Of a stretch of DNA of 64,000 nt, positions 1 to 12,729 are shown in pieces. A program made the position numbers and the translations under genes. The notes beneath the pieces were generated by a model. That model worked only from the letters and a program-made list of their open reading frames with translations. It did no database searches and was not told the origin of the DNA. Source of the DNA: Squalus acanthias (Eukaryota). The DNA lies in NCBI GenBank assembly GCA_030390025.1, contig CM059425.1, positions 168,952,001 to 169,016,000 of the forward strand, given 5' to 3'. How positions within the stretch are numbered: position 1 is the first letter of the stretch; each line of letters opens with the position of its first letter.

Positions 1-100
1 TGGTATTGAGATAGAGGATCAGCCATGATCATATTGAATGGTGGAGCAGGCTAGAAGAACTGAATGGCCTACCCCTGCTCCTATTTTTCTATGTTTCTAT
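1..100 (+). mobile_element. CR1-type LINE 3' tail
   Basis: gatcagccatgatc...gaatggcctac...ttctatgtttctat; same tail recurs at ~32045, ~32620 and ~50095. Confidence 0.7.
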
Positions 101-214
101 TTTACGGAAGCTAATTTGGCCTCCTTTGTTCCTGTATGAGGAGGATGTGATAACTGCCAATTTTCCCTTTATTTTCTACTTTTGCTGCTTTCCCCTCCCC
201 TGGGCCATCCACTT

Positions 215-350
215 CTTGTGGGATCTTGCTGTGTGTAAGTTGGCTGCTGTGTTTGCCTACATAACTGACTATACTCAGAATAATTGATTGGTTATGAAGT
301 GCCTCGGAATGTCCTGAGGATGTTGTTACATAAATGAAAGTTATTTCTTA
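215..350 (+). mobile_element. DeuSINE (SacSINE/AmnSINE-like) 3' part
   Basis: tgtgggatcttgctgtg...ttggctgc...gactatactc...gtcctgagg...taaatg; homologous to 28265-28680. Confidence 0.6.
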
Positions 351-848
351 CTTATTCATTGAAGTTGTTACGACAGTTACATAAGTTACATTATTTGCTT
401 TTCTTGATAAAAACTCTGGTGAGGCAATCCTTTTAAATACAGTGGAGAAAGGGAAAGTAATTTGTGTGCCACAACAATGCAAACAAAAAAGCTTAGGACT
501 TACTAATTTAAAAAAGCTTAAAGGGTCAACACCCTCACATCTTTCTCCACTGGGGGTTTGGGCATTCCCAAATGATGTGTGCGAGATGCCTTTGGACAGT
601 GAAGATGGCACTACCATGACTCTACCATCGAGTTAATTCTCAGTTTCCTGAAATATACATTGCAGGGTCTGGTTCTGCAGTCTTCATTCAATTTTCTTCT
701 AATTGTGACACAAATTGAAGAAGTACGAATTATATTTTAATGAGTTAGTGAACAAATTGAATAATACAATGAATTAGAAGTTGTCAACCCATTTTAAAAG
801 ATTTACACATTTCTTCATTTTATTGACTCTTAATTTCATTTTTTTTAG

Positions 849-976
849 GAATATGGCATCACCAAGGCTGAGAAACTGGATATTGCCAAAGGCTATTGTA
901 CTCCTTTGATAAGGAAAATTCGTTCTGACTTGCAAAGAACTCAGGATGATGATACTGTTAACAAACTCCATCCACT
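849..976 (+). CDS. PPIP5K2: PPIP5K2 internal coding exon A (phosphatase domain)
   Basis: ttttttag|GAA...CCACT|gtaaga; 128 nt; [42 protein letters not shown] plus 2 nt; matches recalled vertebrate PPIP5K2; phase joins next exon. Confidence 0.95.
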
Positions 977-1149
977 GTAAGAGATTATTTATAGTAATTC
1001 ATTTTCTAAATGCTTAAGACTTTGCTATGTTAAACTACCTTGCACTTTGCTATGTTAAACTACATCTGTCATTGCTCCACTCGCTTGCTTAATTTATAAC
1101 CTCTTGCAACTTTCTGCTTTCTTCACAGTTCACGAATCCCCCGCCCCCC

Positions 1150-1390
1150 CCCCTCCAAGTTTAGTATTATCTACAAACTTTGATATACTCTCCTCTATTG
1201 GACTGAAAAGCTGGGGCATTGATCCCTGGGAGAATACCACTTTTATTCCAATGCTTTTCCTTCTACTTTGCAACCAATTTCCTATCCATATCACAAGACT
1301 GCCTCCAGTACCATCAACCACCCCCACTGGGTTGAGGGCAGCAAATAACTTTCTTAATGGATATAGCCAAGAAAGTTCATTTCATCCATT
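1150..1390 (-). mobile_element. Old CR1 reverse-transcriptase remnant
   Basis: ORF 1130-1327: WIGNWLQSR...QGSMP...ISKFVDNTKLGG. Confidence 0.55.
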
Positions 1391-1920
1391 GACAAAAATC
1401 AACACTAAGCCAAAGAAGGATATATTGGCCTGTAATTTGCAGTCAGTGGCAAAGCGACGGCGATCACCGCTGACCTTGAAGAAAGCTTCCCACAGAGATC
1501 TCGCGATCTCTTTGGCGAGAACTTTAGCTTCCTCGATGTGAAATTGATTGTAACATTGTCAAAAGTGGAACTCCACCGAAGAGCAGCAGTGATGTCAGCA
1601 AGCTGTCTAAGCAGCCAATCACGTTGAATTCTCAGAGAACAAACCAGGAAATGAAACGCACTGATTATTTGCACTTTTTAAAAATGTTAGAGAGCGAAAT
1701 AAAGATTGAGACATATACATGGGCTTACGGTAGAAGCTGAAATATCATGAACAAACTTTAAAAAAAAAAAATTTTTTAATCTAGTAATTTTTATCATGGA
1801 GAAATTTGACATTCCACAAATATAAAATTCGTTTTTCAGGGCCAGAACAGTTGTTTAACAGTCAATATGCTGTTAAAACCCCAGGTACACCTATTCCAAC
1901 CAGGCGTAACATTTAATGGG

Positions 1921-2958
1921 TCAGGCAGCATCTGTGGAGAGAGAAACGGAGTTAACGTTTCAGGTCGATGACATTTCATGAGAACTGGAAAATTTTTAGA
2001 GATGTAACAGATTTTAAGCAAGTGCAGGGGCAGGGAAAAGGGTAGGGGCGAAAAGAACAAAAGGGAAGGTCTGTGATAGGCTGGAAGGCAGGAGAGATTA
2101 AATGACGAAAGGTATGATAGTACAAAGGAGATGGTAATGGGACAAGTAAAGAAACAAAAGATGAGTCTAGAAGAGGTGTAAATGGGAATGGCAGAATCAT
2201 CAACAGCTGCCATGTGAAAAAATAGGGACAGGGGTTATGGTCTGAAATTGTTGACCTCGATGGTGAGTCCAGAAGGCTGTAAAGTGCCTAATCGAAAGAT
2301 GAGGTGCTGTTCCTCGCGCTTACGTTGAGCTTCGTTGGAACAGTGCAAGAGCCCGAGAACGGAGAGGTCAGAGTGGAGAATTAAAGTGACAGGCGACCGG
2401 AAACTCAGGGTCACACTTACGGACTGAACGGAAGTGTTCCACAAAGCAGTCACCCAATCTGCGTTTGGTCTCCCCATTGTAGAGGAGACCGCATCGTGAG
2501 CAGCGAATACAGTATACTAAATTGCAAGAAGTACAAGTAAATCACTGTTTCACCTGGAAGGAGTGTTTGGGGGAAGGGAGGAGGTAAAAGGGCAGGTGTT
2601 GCATCTCCTGCATTTGCACAGGAAAGTGCCGTGGGAAGAGGAGGGGGTGTTGGGGGTGATTGAGGAGGGGGTGTTGGGGGTGATTGAGGAGTGGATCAGG
2701 GTGTCGTGGAGGGAGCGGTCGCCTCGGAATGCTGAAAGGGGAGGGGAGGGGAAGATGTGTTTGGTGGTGGGATCACGCTGGAGGTGGCGGAAATGACGGA
2801 GGATGATCCGTTGAGTGTGGAGGCTGGTGGGTTGAAAGGTGAGGACAAGGGGCACCCTATCGTGGTTCTGGGAGGGAAGGGAAAGGGTGAGAGCAGAAGT
2901 CCGGGAAATGGAACGGACACGGTCGAGGGCTATGTCAACTACAGTGGAGGGGAATCCT
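1921..2958 (-). mobile_element. Penelope-like element: 3' ORF (linker/GIY-YIG end) and pseudo-LTR
   Basis: GFPSTVV...HDRVPLVLTFQP...AFRGDRSLHDTL...CKCRRCNTC and REEQHLIFRLGTLQPSGL; terminal repeat 1921-1990 matches the element at 46598. Confidence 0.85.
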
Positions 2959-2959
2959 G

Positions 2960-3865
2960 CCCTTTTTTTGAGCCAGGTCTCCGTTATAGCCACAACATAT
3001 TCCCTTGTGGCTGTTTGTGCCTGCAGCTCACCAACCTTATTTACCACGCTTCGTGCGTTTACACACGAGCACTGTAAACCTATCTTAGACCACCTTGTTT
3101 TCTCTTAGTCTGACCCCACCTAATATCGTACTATTTCTTACTCTAGTGCTATCTCTCTCCCAATCCTTTGTGCACCTTATTTCTCCTGGTGTCCATCCCC
3201 CTGCCAAATTAGTTTAAACCCTTCCCAACAGCACTAGCAAAGCCCCCGCGGGGATATTGGTCTCGGCTCTGTTGAGGTGTAACCCGACCGGCCTGTACAG
3301 GTCCCGCCTTTCCAAGAACCAGTCCCAATGTCCCAGGAATCTAAAGCCCTCCCTCCTGCACTGTCTCTCCAGCTACGCATTAACCTGCTCTATCCTCCTA
3401 CTTCTATACTCACTAACTCGTGGCACTGGGAATAATCCAGAAAATACTACGTTTGAGGTCCTACTTTTGAATCTCTTTCCTAACTCCCTGAAATCTGCCT
3501 GCAGGACCTCATCCCTCTTTCTACCTATTCCGGCAATACCGATATGGATCACGACCTGTGGCTGTTCACCATTCAGAATGTTCTGCAGCCGCTCAGTGAC
3601 ATCCTTGACCCTGACACCAGGGAGGCAACATACCATCCTGGAATCACGTCTGCGACTGAAGAAACGCCTGTCTGTTCTCCTAAATATTGAATCCCCGATC
3701 ACTATTGCTTTCCCGATATTCCTCCTTCCCCTCACCACCTCCCCCCGGGTAAAGCTGAGCCACCCTTGGTGTCATGGACTTGGCTCTGGCTGTACTCCCC
3801 AGAGGGGAACCGGTACTGAGTGAGATGCACTCAGGGGGCTCCTGCACTACCTGCCTGGTGCTCCT
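2960..3865 (-). mobile_element. CR1 LINE 5' fragment (ORF1 SGNH/GDSL esterase and start of APE)
   Basis: IVIGDSIFRRTDRRF...MVCCLPGVRVKDV; VNKVGELQAQ...VAITETWL. Confidence 0.85.
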
Positions 3866-3869
3866 TGTC

Positions 3870-5495
3870 TTTTTTTAAATTCGTTTATGGGATGTGGGCG
3901 TTGCTGGCAAGGCCAGCATTTATTGCCCATCCCTAATTGTCCTCGAGAAGGTGGTGGTGAGCCACCGCCTTGAACTGCTGCAGTCTGTGTGGTGAAGGTA
4001 CTCCCACAGTGCTGTTAAGTAGGGAGTTCCAGGATTTTGACCCAGCGACGATGAAGGATCGGGGATATACTTCTAAGTCAGGATGGTGTGTGACTTGCAG
4101 GGGAACTTGGAGGTGGTGGTGTTCCCATGCGCCTGCTGCCCTTGTCCTTCTAGGTGGAAGAGGTCGCGGCTTTGGGAGGTGTTGCCGAAGAAGCCTTGGC
4201 AAGTTGCTGCAGTGCATCTTGTAGATGGTACACACTGCAGCCACGGTACACCGGTGGTGGATGGGGTGCCAATCAAGCGGGCTGCTTTGTCCTGGATGGT
4301 GTCGAGCTTCTTGAGTGTTGTTGCAGCTGTACTCATCCAGGCAAGTGGAGAGTATTCCATCGCACTCCTTACTTGTGCCTTGTAGATGGTGGAAAGGCTT
4401 TGGGGAGTCAGCAGGAGAGACACTCGCCGCAGAATACCTAGCCTCTGACCTCTTGTTGCCACAGTATTTATGTGGCTGGTCCAGTTAAGTTTCTGGTCAA
4501 TGGTGACCCCCCCCAGGATGTTGATGGTGGGGGATTCAGCGATGGTAATGCCATTGAATGTCAAAGGGCGGTGGTTAGACTCTCGCTTGTTGGAGATAGT
4601 CATTGCCTGGCATTTCTGTGGTGCGAATGTTACCTGCCACTTATCAGCCCAAGCCTGAACGTCATCCAGGTCTTGTTGCATGCGGGCATGGACTGCTTCA
4701 TTCTATGTGGAGTTGCGAATGGCGCTGAACACTGAAGTCATCAGCGAACATCCCCATTTCTGACCTTATGTTGGAGGGAAGGTCATTGATGAAGCAGCTG
4801 AAGATGGTTGGGCCGAGGACACTGCCCTGAGGAACTCCTGCAGCGATGTCCTGGGGCTGTGATGATTGACCTTCAACCACCACAACCACCTTCCTTTGTG
4901 CTAGGTATGACTCCAGCCAGTGGAGCGTTTTCCCCCCCTGATTCCCATTGACTTCAGTTTTACTAAGGCTCCTTGATGCCAGACTTGGTCAAATGCTGCC
5001 TTGATGTCAAGTGCAGTCACTCTCACCTCACCTCTGGAATTCAGCTCCTTTTGTCCATGTTTGGACCAAGGCTGTAATGAGGTCGGGAGCCGAGTGGCCC
5101 TGGCGGAACCCAAACTGGACATCAGTGAGCAGGTTATTGGTGAGTAAGTGTCGATTGATAGCACTGTCGATGACGCCTTCCATCACTTTGCTGATGATTG
5201 AGAGTAGACTGATGGGGCGGTAATTGGCCGGGTTGGATTTGTCCTGCTTTTTGTGGACAGGACATACCTGGGCAGTTTTCCACAATGTCGGATAGATGCC
5301 AGTGTTGTAGCTGTACTGGAACAGCTTGGCTAGAAGCACGGCTAGTTCTGGAGCACAAGTCTTCAGCACGATAGCCGGGATGTTGTCGGGACCCATAGCC
5401 TTTGCTGTATCCAGTGCGCTCAGCCATTTCTTGATATCACGTGGAGTGAATCGAATTGGCTGAAGACTGGCTTCTGTGATGTGGGGACCTCGGGA
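3870..5495 (-). mobile_element. CR1-Zenon-like LINE, 5'-truncated (RT and 3' UTR)
   Basis: MGPDNIPAIVLKTCAPEL, ALDIKAAFDQVWH, GVPQGSVLGP, FADD, WADKWQVTF, YKAQVRSAMEY; frameshifted. Confidence 0.85.
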
Positions 5496-5498
5496 TTA

Positions 5499-5568
5499 GG
5501 CTGAGTAATTCCAGCATTTTCTGTTTTTATTTCAGATTTCCAGCATCCGCAGTATTTTACTTTTGTAT
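5499..5568 (+). mobile_element. Penelope pseudo-LTR tail (other end of the insertion starting at 1921)
   Basis: ctgag...ttccagcattttctg...tttccagcatccgcagtatttt matches 46759-46820; followed by the TSD copy. Confidence 0.75.
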
Positions 5569-5809
5569 TAACATTTAACGGGTTGTTTAACAGCGATATT
5601 AGCGTGGAAAAGCTTAAGTTTTTGTCAGTTCCATTTATTTCACTGAATGCCGGCGGTAGGTGGGGTGGTGCGGTCCACAGTGCAGTCTGTAGCGGAGCAG
5701 TGAATGACTGACACCAATTTCAGAATTTCTGCGTTTAGCTACGCATGCACTAAATCCAGAAGTTACAGTTGGTTTCAGAGGAGTGCCGCAAAATCTGGGC
5801 CATTAGGGG

Positions 5810-7665
5810 TGGTGTCTAAAAGCTTGGTCAGATGTGAATTTTTATGAAGGTTTTAAAGGAGGAAAAGTGAAGAAGCTTACAGATTTATGGAGCGTGGGGC
5901 GTACACAGCTGAAGGCATGGCTGCCAATGTTGAGGTGAAGGGAGTGGAGTATGCACAGTAAGCCAGAGTTGGAGGAACGCAGAGTACTCAGAGTTATAGA
6001 GCTGGAGAAGTTTACAGGGACAGGGACAGGGAGAGGCAAGGCCATGAAGAGATTTAAACACCAGGATGAAAATTTTAAATTTGAGGTGTTGAGCAACTTG
6101 TAGCCAGTGTAGACCAGTGAGGACAGGGGTGATGAGAAATGGAATTTGGTGCGGGATACGATATGGGTAGGAAAGTTTTGGATGAGCTGAAGTTCATGGA
6201 GGATGGAAGGCTGGTCAGGGAGCATTGGAATAGTCGAATCTAGAGATGACAAAGACATGAGGGCTAAGGCAGGGGCTGAGGGACAATGCTACAGAGGTGG
6301 AAGTAGGTAGTCTTTGTGTTGGAGAGGATATGGGGTTGGAAGCTCCGCTCAGGTTCAACTTGAGACAGTGACGGGATGGGATGGAATTGGTAGCAAGGGT
6401 ACAGAGTTTGTGGTGGGGCTGATGACGATGGCTTTGGTCTTCCTAATGTTTAACTGGAGGAAACTTTGGCTCCTCCAGGATTGAATGTCAAACAAGCTGC
6501 CTGACAACACAAGCAGCTTGTTGTCATCAACGTACATGTGGAATCTGACTCCATATCTTCAGATGATGTTGCCAAGGGGCACCATCATGTAGATGAGAAA
6601 GAAGAGGGGGCCAAGGATAGATCCTTGGGGGACTCCAGAGGTAATAGTGTTGGGGCTGGAAGAGAAGGCATTGCTGGACATGCCCTGATACAATTGGATA
6701 GATAAGAGTGACGCAAGCGAGGGCAGTCCCACTGAGGCGGACAACGGAGGAGAGGCCTTGAAGGAGAATGGTGTGGTTGACTATATCAAAAGTTGAAAAG
6801 GATGGGGAGGGATATATTGCATCATGGTCACAATCATAAAAGATGTCATTTGTGATTTTGATTAGGGCTATTTCAGTGCTGTGGCAAAGACAGAAACCTG
6901 ATTGAAGAGATTCAAACATGTAGTGGGAAAAATGGACATAGATTTGGGATGCAACATTCAGCACATTTCAAGGGCTTTGGAGAGGAAGGGGAGGATGGAG
7001 CTGGGGCAGTGGTTTACAAAAACCGAGTGGTTTCTTTGAGGAGAGGGGTGATGACAGTGGTTTTAAAAGGGATGGGAACAGTACCTGAGGAGAGGGAACC
7101 ATTTATAATATCAATTAGCATGGAGGCCAGGAAGGTAAGTTGGGTGGTCAGCATTTTAGTGGGAATGGCGTTTAAGGGAGCAGGAAGTGGATCTTGTGGG
7201 CACGATGAGCTTGGAGTGGGCATGAGGGTAGATGGAGAAACTAGAGAAAGACATGGGTGCAGGGCTAGGGCAGGGGGGATTCTTGGGAGGTTTGGCTTGG
7301 TGGGCAAGGGGAAGGGGGGGTTATGCGGCAGAGACTGCTGAATGGATGATCTCAATCTTAGTGGCAAAGAAGGCCATGACTTGTTTGCACATTGTTGGAG
7401 GTGACCGGGAAGGGGATAGAGTTAGAGGGGTTTAAGGAAGTAGTTGATAGTGGAGAAAGGAAGCCAGAGATTATCTTTGCTTTCCAGGATGATCCTGGAA
7501 TAGTGAACCATTTTGGCAGAAGAGAGCAAGGCCCGATAGTGTTCGATGTAGTTCAACCAGATCTGACGATGGATGGCTAAATCAGTTGTGCACCAGATAC
7601 GCTCAAGTCTACTCCCCTTGGATTTGAGAGAGTAAAGATAGGGGCCATACCGAGGAAACAACCAG
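5810..7665 (-). mobile_element. L2 LINE fragment (RT to 3' end)
   Basis: IINGSLSSGTVPIPFK..ITPLLK, LQSGF...HSTEIAL, FDIVNH, GVPQGSILGP, FLQLNIRKTK. Confidence 0.85.
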
Positions 7666-7834
7666 GGTGGGCAAGAATAAAGGCGATAAATTTGATGTTT
7701 CCAGGAAAAGTCACAGAATTAGCATCTGATGAGGGTATAATTTTCTTACATAAACAGCTTAAAATCCATTTTATACTGTGCTGTTTTAAATATATTAAAT
7801 AATTATGTTGCACTTTTACACCTATTTTTTCCAG

Positions 7835-7949
7835 ATACTCAAGAGGAGTGTTATCCCCAGAGCGACATGTTCGTACTCGGTTGTACTTTACCAGTGAGAG
7901 CCACGTACATTCGCTTCTCTCTCTACTGCGCTATGGATCCCTATGTAAT
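7835..7949 (+). CDS. PPIP5K2: PPIP5K2 internal coding exon B (second His motif of acid-phosphatase domain)
   Basis: ttttccag|A TAC...AAT|gtaagt; 115 nt; (L)[38 protein letters not shown]. Confidence 0.96.
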
Positions 7950-8087
7950 GTAAGTATTGGCGATACTGGCATTTGACTGCAAGTTTGTAACAACAGTTAA
8001 GTTGGAGACTTTTTTAATTAACAAGATGGCTATAAAAATGGCAACTTATATTTGCAAGTACAGTGAAGTCCTCTTCAATGAATACCA

Positions 8088-8275
8088 ATAACAACTTGCA
8101 TTTATATAGCACATTTAATATAGTAAAGTGACCCATGGCGCTTCACATTAGGACAGATGATATACTTAGTCAAAGCAGTAGGTTTCAAACCGCTTCATCA
8201 AGGAAGAGAGAAGAGATTTAGAGAGGGAATTCCAGAGGTTAGGGCCTAGACAGCTGAAGGCACGGCCGTCAAAGG
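8088..8275 (-). mobile_element. L2 3' tail
   Basis: acttgcatttatatagc...gcgcttcac...gggaattccagag...gggcctag; homologous to 30210-30470. Confidence 0.65.
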
Positions 8276-8899
8276 TGATAAAAGAATAATACGTTTAAGA
8301 GAATGTAATTGCCATGCATAAATCCTTTATCTTTTCCAATGATAGCTGTCACTTTTTAAAATAATAACTATTAAATGCATAAAACATATAAATGAAATGC
8401 AGACGTCTGGATTTATTTGTTTAATTGTTATACTGCCTCACTAAAGCCATTTTTGGCAATCAATGTGTTGAGCACTTTTTACAAGGTTTTTTTTGTCTAG
8501 GTGTGAAAATCACCTGGTAACCAATTCAGTGATGTTTTTCACCTCATCAGGTGCTAGGGCTCGAGCACTTTTGGCAATTAATGTGACGAGTGTTTTTGTT
8601 TGTGTGTGAAAACTGCCTTATCAGGTGGGAATGCTCAAGCTTTGTGATGCTTTTAACTTGCCCATGTTTTAGCAGTGTACATACCTTTTTGGCAATGAGT
8701 TGTGGCAGAAACACTAGGGGGAGTTTTAACCTGGAGGAGTGTGAGTTTGGGTGCGGGTGGGGTTTTAAATCTGCCAAAAATGCGAGCGCGTCGGGAAGCC
8801 GGCTCCAACCCGCCGACCTCCGCATTTCACTGCAGCGTGTTGGGCTGTGTGTGTGCAACCCCCGCGGGAGAGGCGAGTTGTCAATTGACATTATCATTC

Positions 8900-11800
8900 C
8901 GCGGGGAGAGGGTGAACAGCCAGAGGTCGTGGTCCATATCGATACCAACGATATAGGCAGAAAGAGGGATGAAGTCCTGCAGGCAGAGTTTAGGGAGCTA
9001 GGAGAGAGTTTAAAAAGGACCTCAAAGGTAGTAATCTCCAGATTACTCCCGGTGCCACGTGTGAGTGAGTACAGGAATAGGAGGATAGAACAGATGAATG
9101 CGTGGCTGGAGAGATGGTGCAGGAGGGAGGGCTTTAGATTCCTGAGGCATTGGGACCGTTTCTGGGGAAGGTGGGACCTGTACAAGCCGGATGGGTTACA
9201 CCTCAACAGAGCTGGGACCAATATTCCTGCGGGGAGGTTTGCTAGTGCTGTTGGGGAGGGTTTAAACTAGCTTGGCAGGGGAATGGGCACCAGCATATAG
9301 GAGTAGAAAAGAGGAATAAGGTGCATAAAAGAGTGTGTTGGATAGTACTAGAGAAGAAAGTAGTACTAGAGGCGGAAGTAGTACCATATTAGATAGGAGC
9401 AGACCAAGAAAGACTACGAAAAATTCAAAAATGGGTTTAGAATGCATGTACGTAAATGCACAAAGTGTGGTGAATAAGGTTGGTGAGCTACAAGCATAAT
9501 TAGCCATGTGGCAATATGATGTTGTGGCAATAACGGAAATGTGGCTTAAAAACGGTGAGGACTGGGCACTTAATATTCAAGGGTACAAGGTGTTCAGAAA
9601 AGATAGGGAAGGAAAAAAGGGAGGTGGGGTGGCAGTGCTGATTAAGGAAGACATTGTAGTGTTGGAAAGGGAGGATGTTCTTGAGGGGACAAGGACAGAA
9701 TCCATTTGGTTAGAGTTGAGGAGCAAAAAGGGTATGATCACGCTATTGGGGGTATTCTATAGGCATCCAAATAGTGAGAGGGAGTTAGAGGAGCAAATCT
9801 GCAGGGAAATCGCTGAGATATGCGAAAGCTATAGAGTGCTGATATTGGGAGACTTTAATTACCCAAATATCAATTGGGATAATGCTAGGGTAAAGGGAAA
9901 GGAGGGGGAGGAATTTCTGAAATGTGTTCAGGAGAATTTCCTTGACCAGTATGTTCTTGGCCCAACTGGGAAGGAGGCATTGCTGGATCTGGTGCTGGGG
10001 AATGAGGTGGGCCAGGTCAACCAAGTGTCTGGGAGAACACTTGGGTACGAGTGATCATCGTATCATAAGATTTAGATTAGCAATGGAGAGGAGCAAGGAA
10101 CAATCTGGAGTGGAACTTCTAAATTGGAATAGGGCTAACTTCAATGGGATGCGAAAGAATCTAGCCAGGGTAAAATGGAACCAAAGACTGACAGGAAAAA
10201 CTGTAACGGAACAATGGGTGATCTTTAAGGAGGAGATGTTCCAAGTACAGACTTAGTACATTCCAACAAGAGGGAAGGGTAAGGGAACCAAAGCAAGGGC
10301 TCCTTGGATGACGAGAGATTGAGATGATGATTGAAAACAAAAAAAGAGGGTGTATGATGCATGTCACGTGAATTCTTCAAGGGAGAACCAGACCAAATAC
10401 AATAAATTGAGAGGGGAAGTGAAGATGAAAATAAGATTGGCAAAGAGAGAATATGAGAGTAGAATGGCAGTTAACATAAAAGGGAAACCAAAAATTTCTA
10501 CAAAGGAGGTGATATATGCTTAGAGGCACAGGGCAAGGCTAGAATAGTCAGAGTACTTTGTATCAGTGTTTACTAAGGAGGTGGATGCTGACAAAATATC
10601 GGTCGAAGTGGAAAAGGTGGAAGCAATGGAAGGGGTGAAAATTGATAGACAGGATGTCCTAGAGAGGCTGAGTATGCTTAGAGTGGATAGGTCGCTTGGT
10701 CCAGATGGCTTGCATCTCAGGTTTCTAAGGGAATTGGGGGAGGAGATAGCAGAAGGGCTTGCCATAATTTTCCAATCTTCCCTTGAGAGTAGAATGGCAG
10801 TTAACATAAAAGGGAAACCAAAAATCTTCTACAAAGAAGGTGATATATGCTTAGAGGCGCAGGGCAAGGCTAGAATAGTCAGAGTACTTTGTATCAGTGT
10901 TTACTAAGGAGGTGGATGCTGACAAAATATCGGTCGAAGTGGAAAAGGTGGAAGCAATGGAAGAGGAGGTGCCTGAGGATTGGAAAGTGGCAAATGTGAC
11001 ACCATTGTTCAAGAAAGGGTGTAAGGACAATCCTAGTAACTACAGGCCGGTCAGTTTAACATCAGTGGTGGTTAAAGCTTTAGAAATAATAATCAAGGAA
11101 AAAATTAACGGGCACTTGGAGAGGTTTAAGCTAATTAAAGAGAGCCAACACGGGTTTGTAAAAGGAAGATCGTGTTTGACTAATCTAATTGAATTTTTTG
11201 ATGAAGTAACGGAGGATTGATGAAGGGAATGCAATGGATGTTGTCTACATGGATTTTAGGAAGGCGTTTGACAGAGTACTACATAGAAGGCTGGTTAACA
11301 AAATTGAGGCTCATGGAATAGGTGGGTCAGTGGCAGCTTGGATAAGGAATTGGCTTAAGGATAGAAAACAGCGAGTTGTGGTAAATGGCTGTTTTTCAGA
11401 CTGGAGGATGATGGACAGTGGTGTTCCCCAAGGGTCTGTACTGGGGCCACTGTATTTTTTGATATATATAAATGACCTGGATATTGGAATATTGAGTAGA
11501 ATTTCTAAATTTGCCAATGACACCAAACTTGGGGGTGTGGCAAACAGCGAGTATGATACCAATTGACTGCAACAGGACATAGAAAGGCTAGCAGACAAGT
11601 GGCAGATGGAATTTAATACAGAGAAGTGTGAGGTGATGCATTATGGCAGAAGGAACAGGGAGAGGCAATATCCACTTCATGGCACAGTTTTAAAGAGTGT
11701 GCAGGGACAGACACCTGGGAATTAATGTGCATAGGTCCCTGAAGGTGGCAGGACATATTGAGAGAGTGGTTAGCAAAGCATATGGGATCTTGGGCTTCAT

Positions 11801-12405
11801 AAATAGAGGTATTGAGTACAAAAGTAGAGAAGATATGCTTAACCTTTATAAAGCACTGGTTAGGCCACAACTGGCGTATTGTGTCCAGTTCTGGTCACCA
11901 CACTTTCGGAAGAATGTGAAGGCCCTTGAGAGGGTTCAGAGGAGATTTACTAGAATGGTTCCGGGGATGGGGAACTTAGTTACAAGGACAGGTTGGAGAA
12001 GCTGGATTTGTTTTCATTAGAGCAAAGGAGGTTGAGGGGTGACTTGATAGAGGTGTACAAGATTATGACGGGTTTGGATAGTCTAGACGGAGAAAGGCTG
12101 TTCCCACTAGTTGATGGTACAAGGACTATGGGATACAGATTTAAGGTTTTGGGCAAGAGATACAGGGGGAATGTGAGGAAAATCTTTTACGCAGCGAGTG
12201 GTGAGGACCTGGAACTCGCTGCCGACGGAAGTGGTGGAAGCGGAGACACTCAATGTTTTCAAGGGGAGACTGGATAGGCACTTGAGGGAAATAAACTTGC
12301 AGGGCTATGGGGATAGAGCGAGGGGATGGGACTGACTGGATTGCTCTAGAGAGCCGGCACGGACTCGATGGGCCGAATGGCCTCCTTCGTGCCGTTATGA
12401 CTCTG
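8900..12405 (+). mobile_element. CR1 LINE, near full-length and degenerate (ORF1 end, APE, RT, 3' UTR)
   Basis: DGLHLNRAG; VAITEMWL, GGGVAV, GDFNYP, SDH; YMDFRKAFD, GVPQGSVLGP, SLEQRRLRGDLIE; tail ttatgactctga. Confidence 0.93.
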
Positions 12406-12729
12406 ACATATGTTAATCACACAATTAAAGTGATATTGACATGGGTTTTGCATATTAACTTTGGGTCCACGGGTTTCCCAGGTTTCCTGGAACTCGCCGG
12501 TGAAAGCAAGGTGAGAACACAGCCGCAATTGAGGGGGCTGAAACCATGGCAGGGAAAAATGCCAATAAGTACTCAGTATTCTCAGCTGCTTTCTTACCTG
12601 TTTGTGTGAAAGGGTTTGTTCACAGTACTTGTGCTGAGAGGTTACTTTGTACACTTTGGAGGCCATATCTGCACTTTGGAGGTTTGGAGTTCTGATCTGT
12701 ACTATGGAGCTCTGATCTATCAGATCAGC

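Larger units (their letters stand above)
1427..5801. mobile_element. Non-autonomous TIR element (MITE, probably PIF/Harbinger) split by a Penelope insertion; own sequence 1427-1920 and 5583-5801
   Basis: Imperfect TIRs ggcctgtaatttgc / gcaaaatctgggcc; ATT on both flanks; uninterrupted inverted homologue at 14879-15664. Confidence 0.6.

Noticed and set aside
1019..1063. 20-bp direct repeat actttgctatgttaaactac near the exon A donor
   Set aside because: Simple local duplication with nothing inserted between the copies
7726..7732. CTGATGA as another hammerhead core
   Set aside because: No stem II, GAAA or stem I pairing nearby
8590..9270. 226-aa ORF as a novel protein
   Set aside because: Accidental read-through from the Harbinger terminus into a truncated CR1 ORF1
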